In this document: positions 8,230 to 17,852 of the stretch, piece after piece
How the letters are laid out: every line of letters starts with the position of its first letter
Numbering within the stretch: position 1 is the stretch's first letter
Source of the DNA: an uncultured bacterium
GTDB taxonomy: Bacteria; Oederibacteriota; PGYV01; CAWJRG01
DNA length: 64,000 nucleotides
Direction of reading: 5' to 3'
Assembly (NCBI GenBank): GCA_963845185.1
Contig: CAWJRG010000010.1
Coordinates: forward strand, 416,001-480,000
Notes under the pieces: model-generated
What the model was told of the DNA's origin: nothing
Seen by the model: only the letters and a program-made list of their open reading frames with translations
Databases searched by the model: none
Program-made: the position numbers and the translations under genes

Positions 8230-10119
8230 TCATTTAGACTGCTCCTGCGTAGGTTCTTCCATACCTTCGGGCGGTGCCACGGTTGACTTTAACTCTTCAA
8301 TCTTCGCTTTTATCTCCTTGTCGCCCGGGTTCATTTTAGAATACTTTTCATCGAACTCTACCGCACCCGTATAATCACCCAGATTCTCTTCGCATTCTCC
8401 CATATACTTGTAAATTTCCGCCTGGTCTCCGTGTTGCTCCCTGGTTTTTTCAAGCCACATAAACGCGCTTGCGTTGTCCCCTTGTGCGAAATATTGCATT
8501 GCATTTTTCCACTCACTGCTCTCATTATACGGGCCGCGCGCTATGACAGCGGGTTTGGTTGTATTATTGTCCGCGCCGGGCGCTATGGCAATTTGCTTCT
8601 GCGCTTTCAAGGAATATGCATTATTGATGTGCATAGCATGTACTATCTTCTTCATGCCAAGCCGCAGGACAAAGGCGCCTGCTACAACAGCAACAGCCAT
8701 GGCTATAAGTATTGTGTTTCGCGCGATGGCAGAGCCATTCGGAATTTGGGATTTGGCATTTAGCATTCCAGAGCTTTCAACCTCTTGAATTTCTTGAGCT
8801 TTTGAACCTTGAGCATTGAGCTCTTGAACCTTTTCTTCATCCTTTTGCGCATTTGAACTTTGATCCTGCGCTTGCTTTCTGCGGGTGTACAGGCCGTATA
8901 AAAACACGGCAACTGATTTCAATATTTTGCCGGAAAAAGTCTTTGGCGTGTGGCCCGAGGCGGCGGTCAAAATATTTTTAACAAGGTCAAGGGAATTCAA
9001 TTTGGGATTTTCAGAGTTTGGGATTTGGAATTTACTTACCATACCCTCACTTTGAACCCCTTGAGCTTTTGAACCTTGAACCTCTCCTTCCACCTCTTCC
9101 CGGAGCGCCTCAGCCTCTTGTTGCCTTTTGGCATCCTTATCCGCTTTGCCAATAGCGATATCATATATAGAGGGCAGTTCGTTCTCAAATTCGTTAGCGT
9201 CGCCGGCCTGTCCCGGCCTCTCCTTTAGTTCCAGCCTTTTTAATCCAGCCATAGCGCTGTAAAACGCCATAAGCGCCTCAGGCTCGGACAGGTTCATTAT
9301 TACCTGGTACCCATGGGGCTTCATGCGCACCTGTATGTTTTTCGGGGCCTTAGACCAACGCCCGGCGTTTGGGTCATTCGGGTCAAACCTCTGGTTCTTT
9401 GCCCCTTTAACCTTTGAGGTCTTTCCGTCAGCCGGGAATGTCTCAGGAGCATTGCCTTTATTTACCCATTCTACCAGTTTCTCTGCCTGCTTAACCGTCA
9501 TTTTGCGGTCAAACACGACCTTTAAAGCCTGTTCGACTGTATCCTGGTCATTTGGTTGTCCTTTGGCAAGGGCTGTCAACATCATTACAACGGCCACCGG
9601 CAGCTGCCAGTCTTTGGATTTTACCGAATTTCGGTAAATCATTTCCTGTGCTGATTTATTCAATATTGACAAGGCTTTTATGGCATTACTTACCTCTTGT
9701 TGGCTGAGTGCAACTCTATCAGCTATCTGTATTTGGGTCAGGTCAGGGTGTTTTTCCATGTAATCGGCAATATACCTGTACTTGTCCAGCCAGTGGTATG
9801 GCTCCCCATTATTGTTCATGAATCCCTTCAGGGAAAAGTCCTCCCTGCCACCCGTAAATACTTCAGCCTCTATCTCGGTCCAGCCAAGTTTCATGGCTGC
9901 CCGCAGGCGCCTCTCGCCCTCAAAAAGCTCGTACCCGGCAAGCTCTTTGCCGGTGCACCCCTGCGAGGCTGTGTCCTGGGCGGTCAGTTCGCGGACTTTC
10001 ACGGATTCGAGCTGGCCGTTTGCCTTCATGGACGCAGCAAGGCTGTCAATACCGTCGGGGTTGATAAAATGCCTGGGATTTTCGGGATTAAAGCGGATTT
10101 TTGAGATTTGAATTTTCAT
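8230..10119 (-). CDS. ParB-like CTPase/HTH protein fused to a TM helix and C-terminal TPR
   Basis: NPENPR, GQLESVKV, GERRLRA (ParB arginine patch), HTH TQIQIADRVALSQQEVS, TM ILIAMAVAVVAGAFVL, TPR-like C-terminus; AAGGAGG RBS. Confidence 0.8.
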   Translation of the reverse strand: MKIQISKIRFNPENPRHFINPDGIDSLAASMKANGQLESVKVRELTAQDTASQGCTGKELAGYELFEGERRLRAAMKLGWTEIEAEVFTGGREDFSLKGFMNNNGEPYHWLDKYRYIADYMEKHPDLTQIQIADRVALSQQEVSNAIKALSILNKSAQEMIYRNSVKSKDWQLPVAVVMMLTALAKGQPNDQDTVEQALKVVFDRKMTVKQAEKLVEWVNKGNAPETFPADGKTSKVKGAKNQRFDPNDPNAGRWSKAPKNIQVRMKPHGYQVIMNLSEPEALMAFYSAMAGLKRLELKERPGQAGDANEFENELPSIYDIAIGKADKDAKRQQEAEALREEVEGEVQGSKAQGVQSEGMVSKFQIPNSENPKLNSLDLVKNILTAASGHTPKTFSGKILKSVAVFLYGLYTRRKQAQDQSSNAQKDEEKVQELNAQGSKAQEIQEVESSGMLNAKSQIPNGSAIARNTILIAMAVAVVAGAFVLRLGMKKIVHAMHINNAYSLKAQKQIAIAPGADNNTTKPAVIARGPYNESSEWKNAMQYFAQGDNASAFMWLEKTREQHGDQAEIYKYMGECEENLGDYTGAVEFDEKYSKMNPGDKEIKAKIEELKSTVAPPEGMEEPTQEQSK

Positions 10120-10151
10120 GTTAAAACCCTCCTTTGATTCTTTTTTTAAAA

Positions 10152-10270
10152 TATTATCATTTTACACCTAATAAAACAGGCCGATTTTAGGAAATATAAC
10201 GTGGGTTGTCAAGAATTATTTAAAGAATTGAAATTAACGCTTATTGGATAAAAAATTGAGTTGACAAGCT
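10152..10270. repeat. 119-bp intergenic block, copy A (contains TTGACA-17-TAAAAT on the minus strand)
   Basis: Aligns without gaps to 13896-14014, including gggttgtcaagaattatttaaa.aattgaaattaacgcttattggataaaaaattga. Confidence 0.9.
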
Positions 10271-10427
10271 AAGACAGGTTTGTAATTTATTAAATTAATT
10301 AAAAATCGTTCTCCCCGCCTTTAAAATTCGAATACCAGGCATCATCATAATAACTAAGGCTCCCCTGTGCCGGGATATGTTCCCAGACATTTTTTATAAT
10401 GTAACCTCCTGTTTGTTGTTTTAAAAA

Positions 10428-12572
10428 TTACTGTTGAATAATTATTTGCTCATTTTTGATGGTTATATTATTTATTTTATATAAATCAGTACTTACAACG
10501 CCTTCGTCAAAGAGCGAGTTATATTCATTCAATCTGTTATCAACAATTATACCCGGCAAAGGAAAACCATTAATTTTATAGTAAGTATATTTAAAACGCG
10601 GCTCATTGTTTATATCAAGATATGGTTTTACAGCATATTCATAAGTTTTATTTTTTCTTATGCCGCTATAAACAATATTTCCTTTTTCAAATCGAATTAC
10701 AGGATTTTCAATCTTATTTACCCTGTATCGGATAAATGTTGAAAAAATCTTAAAATTATTATCATTTAATTTCATTCCATAATTTTTACTAAATTTTTCA
10801 AAATCATTTTGACTTATTATCAGTTCGTTTACTTCAACTGCATCAAAAGTGGACAATTCCATGTTACCGTTAAACATTGTAAATCCGGCATTTTTGACAT
10901 TTAAATCTATTTTACTTATCCGGAATATTTGTTCATTTTTATTAAATTTATTTCCTATTATGCACCCGTCTGATACAAGCCTAATATCTGTTCCGCTCTG
11001 GTTTTGACTTACTGCCTTAACATTTACCCCTTTGATAAATGGAAACATTCTCTTGAATACTATATTAGCTTCTTCCTTATTCACAAACCTGTTTTGCCTT
11101 TTAAAAATAAACGCATTTGTTCCATCAGGAAGCGGATACTTTGCCATTTTCTTGAAACCGGTATACTTGCCCGATAATAGTAAATCTGTTATTTTTTTTC
11201 GTTCATCAAATCTTCCGGATTCAAGCCCGTTATCTTTGTCTTTTATCAGGACATAATCTGTAAAATAAGGAAATTTATCGCTTTCAGTAACAGCAATGTT
11301 GTATTTACCGCTTAGCACTTTAAACCCCATTGTGTAATTATTTATATAACAAAAATCCGGCATAACACATAAACGGGTTTTGCCTTTTGAATCAGACTTA
11401 ACGTCGGAAAGCATTTGTTCAATTTTCCAATCAGATTCTGATGGCCATATTTTTATAGGCCAGTTTTGAATAATATTAAAATTACTTACAATGTATATTG
11501 CCATGGACAAAACAACTACAGTTGTCGTAGTAATTATGCCTGCGATTTTGTTTTTTATTATATAAATCAAATAAGACGTCAATATTGCCGCAAAAGGCAG
11601 AATTGGCATCAAATATCTGCCTTGCTTGTTTTTTATTAGAAAAAAAATTGTAAGCGGCACAATAACATACATCACGTACTTCCTGTTTTTTTCATCCAAA
11701 ATCATGATAACAATTGCTGCCATCAATAAAAAAATAAATATTGGATTCATAGAACCGGCCAGTGCCTGAAAACAGAGTGCCAAACTCTTTAAAGATAATA
11801 CAGGAGGCGCGTTTTGTAAGTCAGCTCCGCTATATGCTGCAAATTTTAATATGTCATATGCAGTGAACCCGTTCTCGATATACCATGCACCGCATATAAG
11901 TATTGAGGAAACAGCAAAAATAGCTAGATTTTTCAGCCTGTCCCCCATCTTCTCCCTGTTGAATACCTGCAATTCCAATATTAATGGGGTTATTGCATAA
12001 ATAATAAATGTCCATTTTGTAAGCATTCCAATTCCGGCTGTTATACCCGCAAGAAAAGAACAGACACCCGATTTAAAATTTTCAGTTCTTAATATGAGAT
12101 AAATATATATGGCTGTAACTGAAGCCAGCGGAACGTCAAGCATAAAATAATGTCCTTCGGTAATTAATGCCGGATATGCCGCTGCTATTGACGCTGCGGC
12201 AATAGCGCTTTTAAACCCAAAAATCCGCCTGGTAAAAAGAAATACTCCTGTTATTAACAGTAATTGAAATAAAATAATTATATATGTAAACCCGTCTTCG
12301 TTGCTTCCAAATACCCGCGCTGAAACCGAACCAGCTATCGGAACAAACGGCGGATAATAGCGGTTTATTGATAAAAAAGCGTCCGGAAAATCGCGCGGCT
12401 TGGTTATGCGGAATTGCTCAGCATTTTTAAGATGCAATGATTCATCCCATCGTTGCGGGGTATTATCCATCCTTAGCCATAAGACATTAGATATTGCAAT
12501 AAATATAAGTAATGAAACCAAAATAGAAATTTTTATTATTGTTAAATTATTTCCTATTTTTAATTCGGGCAT
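10428..12572 (-). CDS. GT-C fold glycosyltransferase (ArnT/PMT-like, GT39/GT83)
   Basis: WDESLH acidic motif after the first TM, YPP, many TM helices, GMLTKW, RYLMPILP; start MPELK after GGAGG. Confidence 0.8.
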   Translation of the reverse strand: MPELKIGNNLTIIKISILVSLLIFIAISNVLWLRMDNTPQRWDESLHLKNAEQFRITKPRDFPDAFLSINRYYPPFVPIAGSVSARVFGSNEDGFTYIIILFQLLLITGVFLFTRRIFGFKSAIAAASIAAAYPALITEGHYFMLDVPLASVTAIYIYLILRTENFKSGVCSFLAGITAGIGMLTKWTFIIYAITPLILELQVFNREKMGDRLKNLAIFAVSSILICGAWYIENGFTAYDILKFAAYSGADLQNAPPVLSLKSLALCFQALAGSMNPIFIFLLMAAIVIMILDEKNRKYVMYVIVPLTIFFLIKNKQGRYLMPILPFAAILTSYLIYIIKNKIAGIITTTTVVVLSMAIYIVSNFNIIQNWPIKIWPSESDWKIEQMLSDVKSDSKGKTRLCVMPDFCYINNYTMGFKVLSGKYNIAVTESDKFPYFTDYVLIKDKDNGLESGRFDERKKITDLLLSGKYTGFKKMAKYPLPDGTNAFIFKRQNRFVNKEEANIVFKRMFPFIKGVNVKAVSQNQSGTDIRLVSDGCIIGNKFNKNEQIFRISKIDLNVKNAGFTMFNGNMELSTFDAVEVNELIISQNDFEKFSKNYGMKLNDNNFKIFSTFIRYRVNKIENPVIRFEKGNIVYSGIRKNKTYEYAVKPYLDINNEPRFKYTYYKINGFPLPGIIVDNRLNEYNSLFDEGVVSTDLYKINNITIKNEQIIIQQ

Positions 12573-12709
12573 TTCAATTCCTCCGTTGTGCAATATATAC
12601 CTTGGATATAAAACTGTTCTTATTTCAAACAGTTTATCACAAATTATTTTGCGGGTTGCAGCAAATTAGACCTTGTTTTTTGCAGAACCTCGTCAATCGA
12701 AGTTTACAA

Positions 12710-13833
12710 CTAATCTTCCCTCCCCATCATTTCCCCATACATTTTTAAATGCTTCATTGCAATATCATTCCACTCCGGCACCATCTTTTTCGTCCTTTTC
12801 CTGCGGCCTGTGAAATCCATTGCGGTCTTTAGTTCTTCCGGTGAGCCGGGTTTCACGTAATATATATTTTCACCGGGATAAAACCCGTGCTTATCCCTGC
12901 TTGCCGTCACTATGTACGTATCCTGTTGCGCAGCGGCGAGAAAACTGCCGTTGCGCGGGGACAGGCCGCCTTTAAACGGGAACACGCATAAATCCGCAGA
13001 AGCCAGCCACTGCGCTATTTTTTGCGGGCCAAGCCCGGGAATGAACTTAATTTGCCCGAATACGCCTGCTTCAATTGCCTTTTGTTTCCACTCTGCCTGA
13101 AATGCCTCTGATTCATTGACGCGGCCAAGGTGCACCCATTTGAACTTAAGGAAATCAAAAGCTTTTACAATCTCGTCAAAACCTTTGGCCCCGGTTATAA
13201 ACCCGAATGTTACCATTAATTTCCGGCCTTTCCTGAGCCCTGCCTGTTTTTGTATTTTTTTCTTTTCGCTGCCTTTTAAAACTGCCTTTGGTATTTTTGA
13301 GCCTATTTCTATCACTTTTTTTGCCCTGTTGCCGAGCGCTGCCGCAATCAGCATGCCGGTTGTTTTCATGTTTTCCTCTTCCACAAAAACTGCTGCGTCG
13401 GAGAACGCGAGGTTTATTGCCAGCCTCAGCCTGCCGGTAAATTTCAGGCGCTTTAAAGGCTCGTGCAGCATGGACACCACTTTCACGCCCGGCATGAAAA
13501 TTTTTATCAGCATGGGTAAAAGGTTTGTGCCGGGATTTTTCCTGTACTGCGTGTTTGGATACTGGAAATGCGCTATGTTATGTCAGGTTTCAGTCCCTTT
13601 ATCCTTTTCAGAATGCTGAAAACATTACCTGCTTTCCATGAATTTACTTCAGGATACACCGATGGGTTCCCGCCTGACTTTTTTATACCGAGGTAAGATG
13701 ACGTCAGCACTGACACGCCAGCGCCGCTGCGCGCGAGCGTTTCAGCAAGTAAAGACGTGTAGTCCCCTATGCCGCACACCTCAGGCGGGTAGCTGCCTAT
13801 TACAAACAGCACGTTCAAATTATTTTTCTTCAT
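12710..13833 (-). pseudogene. GT4 glycosyltransferase copy 1, frameshifted
   Basis: YPPEVCGIGDYT, FGFI..AKG, ADLCVFPF motifs; a tandem TATGT duplication at 13574-13583 splits it into track ORFs 13573-13866 and 12710-13513. Confidence 0.85.
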
Positions 13834-13895
13834 ACTGCCCCATCCTGTTGTTAAAAAAATCCGCATAACTATTTCTTTATTATTTGCCTATAGAG

Positions 13896-14014
13896 TATTA
13901 TCATTTGCCACCTAATAAATTAGTTTAATTTTATGAAATACCCTGCGGGTTGTCAAGAATTATTTAAAAAATTGAAATTAACGCTTATTGGATAAAAAAT
14001 TGATTTGGCAAGCT
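13896..14014. repeat. 119-bp intergenic block, copy B
   Basis: Direct repeat of 10152-10270. Confidence 0.9.
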
Positions 14015-14077
14015 TGGGTTTTTAAGGTTGCGCTTGGAAGGAAAAAGTATTAAGATTCGAACAAAAGGAGCACAATA

Positions 14078-14176
14078 ATGGCAAATATAATACTGAAAAA
14101 AGAAACAGAAATAATGCAAGTCATTTATAGCAAATGCAGGTCAATTAGAAAAGCAAGTGTGGTATCGGCAGCTTGA
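14078..14176 (+). CDS. 32-aa upstream ORF coupled to the downstream GT-C gene
   Basis: AAAAGGAG RBS; MANIILKKETEIMQVIYSKCRSIRKASVVSAA; its TGA overlaps the TTG at 14173. Confidence 0.4.
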   Translation: MANIILKKETEIMQVIYSKCRSIRKASVVSAA

Positions 14177-15693
14177 ATAAACCCATTTTTAAATTAAATA
14201 CAATTATTATTATCCTTTTGTATACCATTCCTGCGGCAATTGCTGTATTTTTTCTTTTTGGCAACCTCGGCAATCGATACCTGTGGCAGGATGAGGCAGT
14301 AACGGCTTTTGTCGGCAAGACTGTAATCCAGCGGGGACTACCGTACGGGGATGACGGACTGAATATCGTAACGCAAAACGACAGATGTGATTGGGGAAAC
14401 GGCAGGATATGGAAATGGCATCCATGGCTTCAGTTTTACATAGCCGCGGCTTCCATGAAGCTTTTTGGATTTGATTCCTTTGGCGCAAGGTTCCTGTTTT
14501 CCCTTTTCGGGTTGTTTACAATAATAATTTTATATTTTTTCGCCATGGAACTGTTTTCAGATAAAAAAATCGCCTTTTTCTCGGCGCTATTGCTTATTGT
14601 CACGGTGCCTTTCATGCTGATTTCCAGGCAATGCAGGTATTACAGCCTGTTAAACTTCTTTTTTTTATTGACCCTCCTGGGTTATATTAGGGCAATAAAA
14701 GGGAGAAAATACGGTTATACGCTTTTTGCAGTCGCCATGTTTTTTCTTTTTCATACGCAGTATGTATATTGCGCGCCTGCCGCAGGAGCCGTACTGCTGC
14801 ATGCGTTTTTATACCATAAAAACCGGTTGAAAATTCTGGCTGTAATAATGGCCTGCGTTTTTATCATAAGTTTCCCAATGTACCAGTTTTTTTATAAATC
14901 AAATTTTCTCACAAAAAATTTCATTTGGGATATGTTGAAAAGGATTCATTCGTACTTTTTTTATTATACATCCTTTATTTTAAAATATATACTGCCTGGT
15001 TATATGGTGGCTATTGGTGGACTACTGCTTTTTATAAAGATTAAAAACGATAAAAGTTATTTTTTTCGGACAGACGGCATGCAGGAAGGATTAAGCCTTG
15101 TTTTCTTCTTAATAGTTTTTACATTCATATTTCTCTTCACAGGGCGCAATGATTATTCCAGGTATATCGAGCCGTTAATACCATTTTTTGCCCTGATAAC
15201 GGCCGTGATTTTAATTAAATCCGCGCAGATTACTCCTGTCATCCCGGCAGTACTCATTGTTTTATTGTTAAACACTTATAATATAAAAGATTTTTTATAT
15301 GAACTTACCCATAATTATGATGGGCCAATAAAAGGCATATCAAAATACCTGAATGAAAACGCGAAAAAAGGTGATATAGTCGCTATGGCGGGATACGGCG
15401 ATATAGCAATTAAATTCCATACGGGATTAAGAGTGGTTGGCGGAGAATCAAAAGACTTGAATAAGCAGGATATACTAAATGCAAAATGGGTGATAGTAAG
15501 GAAACATACGGTGTATGACAGGGATGAATTCTCAAAAAATGAAATTTTAAGTCTGGTTGACCTCAAAAAATACAAAAAGATAGTAATAAATTACCCTGAT
15601 ACAACATTTGAAACCAGGGAAAATCCCGAAGAGCACATGTTTAAGACCGACACAAAAGAAGACAGGGTTGTAATTTACGAAAAAATGAATTAA
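14173..15693 (+). CDS. GT-C fold glycosyltransferase (ArnT/PMT-like)
   Basis: LWQDEA motif, HPWLQFY, ARFLF, SRQCRYY, RYIEPLIP, multiple TM helices. Confidence 0.8.
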   Translation: MNKPIFKLNTIIIILLYTIPAAIAVFFLFGNLGNRYLWQDEAVTAFVGKTVIQRGLPYGDDGLNIVTQNDRCDWGNGRIWKWHPWLQFYIAAASMKLFGFDSFGARFLFSLFGLFTIIILYFFAMELFSDKKIAFFSALLLIVTVPFMLISRQCRYYSLLNFFFLLTLLGYIRAIKGRKYGYTLFAVAMFFLFHTQYVYCAPAAGAVLLHAFLYHKNRLKILAVIMACVFIISFPMYQFFYKSNFLTKNFIWDMLKRIHSYFFYYTSFILKYILPGYMVAIGGLLLFIKIKNDKSYFFRTDGMQEGLSLVFFLIVFTFIFLFTGRNDYSRYIEPLIPFFALITAVILIKSAQITPVIPAVLIVLLLNTYNIKDFLYELTHNYDGPIKGISKYLNENAKKGDIVAMAGYGDIAIKFHTGLRVVGGESKDLNKQDILNAKWVIVRKHTVYDRDEFSKNEILSLVDLKKYKKIVINYPDTTFETRENPEEHMFKTDTKEDRVVIYEKMN

Positions 15694-16803
15694 ATTTTTA
15701 TAATTTCTCTATACATTTTTAAATGCTTCCCTGCAATATCCTCCCACTCCGGCACTAATTTTTTAGTCCTTTTGCTTTTCCCCCTGAAATCCATGGCTTT
15801 TTTTAGTTCTTCTGCCGGGCCGGGTTTCACGTAATATATATTTTCACCGGGATAAAACCCGTGCTTATCCCTGCTTGCCGTCACTATGTACGTATCCTGT
15901 TGCGCAGCGGCGAGAAAAACTGCCGTTGCGCGGGGAAAGGCCGCCTTTAAACGGGAACACGCATAAATCCGCAGAAGCCAGCCACTGCGCTATTTGCTGC
16001 GGGCCGAGCCCGGGAATGAACTTAATTTGCCCGAATACGCCTGCTTCTGTTGCCTTTTGCTTCCACTCCAGCTGAAATGCCTCTGATTCATTGACTCTGC
16101 CAAGGTGCACCCATCTGAACTTTTTGCTGTCAAAAGCCCTGATAAGCTCGTCAAAACCTTTGGCTGCGGTTATAAACCCGAATGTTACCATTAGTTTCTG
16201 GCCTTTTTTAAGCCCTGCCTGTTTTTGTATTTTTTCCTTTTCGCTGCCTTTTAAAACTGCCTTTGGTATGTTTGAGCCTATTTCTATCACTTTTTTTGCC
16301 CTGTTGCCGAGCGCTGCCCCAATCAGCAGGCCGGTTGTTTTCATGTTTTCCTCTTCCACAAAAACTGCTGCGTCGGAGAACGCGAGGTTTATTGCCAGCC
16401 TCAGCCTGCCGGTAAATTTGAGGCGTTTTAAAGGTTCGTGCAGCGTTGACACGACTTTCACCCCGGGCACAAAAATTTTTATCAGCATTGGCAAAAGGTT
16501 TGTGCCGAGGTTTTTCCTGTATTGCGTGTTCGGATACTGGAAATGCGCTATGTCAGGCTTCAGTTCCCTTATTCTTTTCAATATGCTGAAAACATTGCCT
16601 GCTTTCCATGATTTTACTTCAGGATAGACTGCCGGGTTTGCTTTGGATTTTTTTATGCCAAGGTAAGATGACGTCAGCACCGACACGCCAGCGCCGGTGC
16701 GCGCGAGCGCCCCGGCAAGCAAAGAAGTATAGTCTCCTATGCCGCACACCTCGGGCGGAAAACTGCCTGTTACAAACAGCACGTTAAAATTATTTTTCTT
16801 CAT
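15690..16803 (-). pseudogene. GT4 glycosyltransferase copy 2, with +1 frameshift (possibly a sequencing error)
   Basis: Paralog of 12710-13833; A5 at 15915-15919 versus A4 in copy 1 splits it into track ORFs 15865-16836 and 15690-15884. Confidence 0.75.
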
Positions 16804-17671
16804 ACTGCCCCATCCTGTTGTTAAAAAAATCCGCAAAAGCCCTGAGCACGTATTTTAAGTTCTGCCTGTTTTTAAATATGGCGCCGAGCAAAGGCCAGCG
16901 CACGCACCACGCCGCAACAAAAAAAAGGAAAGCCGGGAAATGCTTGCGCGATATATAAAGCCTGTTGCGTGTGAAATAATAAAGCCTTAAAGGCGAGTCA
17001 GGGAAGGTTTTTGAAACCTTGTGGTACACTGTTGAGTCCGCTGCCATGGTTACTGCCATGCCTGATTTTTTTATCCGCGCGCATATGTCTGTTTCCTCGA
17101 ACAGAAGAAAGAGTTTTTCGTCAAGCATGCCTGCTTTTTCTATTGCCTGCCTTGACAGCATCATGCTGCAGCCCGATACATAGTCGAGGCGCGCGCCGTC
17201 AAGGACCTTGATGCCCGTGTCCTGTTTGTTCTCCAAATAATGCGACGTAGTGCCGCTGAACTTGCGATAAATCCCGCCCGCGAACCACGTTGTTTTTTTG
17301 TCAGGGTAGCACAGTATCCTGGAGCCTGCCGCGCCTGTCCCCGGTTTTTTCTCAAACGCGCTGAGCAGGCCGCTGCACGCGGATTTGTCAGCCAGCGTGT
17401 CGTTGTTCAGTATCCATATGTAATCTGCGCCCTGCTCCATGGCGCGGCTTATGCCCGCGTTGTTCCCGCCGGCGTAGCCGAGATTAGCCGCAAGTTCCAG
17501 GTAGCTTATGTCAGGGTGCGCCTGCTTTATTTTTTCCAGAGAGCCGTCATGCGAGCCATTGTCCACGCACAATATGGAAACCTGCGTGTCCTGCGATTTA
17601 AGCGGCGTTATGCACTCTATGGTGTCGGAAAAATTTTTCCATGTGAGCACAACTGCAAAAACTTTTGCCAT
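16790..17671 (-). CDS. GT2 family glycosyltransferase
   Basis: VDNGSHD, NLGYAGGNN, ILNNDT, SGCSMM, FEETD motifs; start MAKVF. Confidence 0.9.
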   Translation of the reverse strand: MAKVFAVVLTWKNFSDTIECITPLKSQDTQVSILCVDNGSHDGSLEKIKQAHPDISYLELAANLGYAGGNNAGISRAMEQGADYIWILNNDTLADKSACSGLLSAFEKKPGTGAAGSRILCYPDKKTTWFAGGIYRKFSGTTSHYLENKQDTGIKVLDGARLDYVSGCSMMLSRQAIEKAGMLDEKLFLLFEETDICARIKKSGMAVTMAADSTVYHKVSKTFPDSPLRLYYFTRNRLYISRKHFPAFLFFVAAWCVRWPLLGAIFKNRQNLKYVLRAFADFFNNRMGQYEEK

Positions 17672-17687
17672 TTTTAATCCTGCCTTT

Positions 17688-17845
17688 TCAGTGGAACCCC
17701 GTTGACGAGAGTCGGCGGCACCTTTAAAATCCACTGGAGCATTATAATCATCTCGCGACGTCCCCGAAGCGTCAAAGCGTAGCGGGGCCGGAGGTTCTCA
17801 TAAGTTCCCTCCGGAAAGGCTATAGTCCCGAGCGAAGTCGAGCGG
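17688..17845. repeat. Composite palindromic intergenic repeat remnants
   Basis: cagtgga..tccactg, ccccg..cgggg, ccggagg..cctccgg and cccgagcgaagtcgag fragments. Confidence 0.4.
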
Positions 17846-17852
17846 ATATTAT

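Noticed and set aside
10298..10410. AGGAGG followed by a short open frame (KNVWEHIPAQG...)
   Set aside because: No properly spaced start codon; at most a gene remnant.
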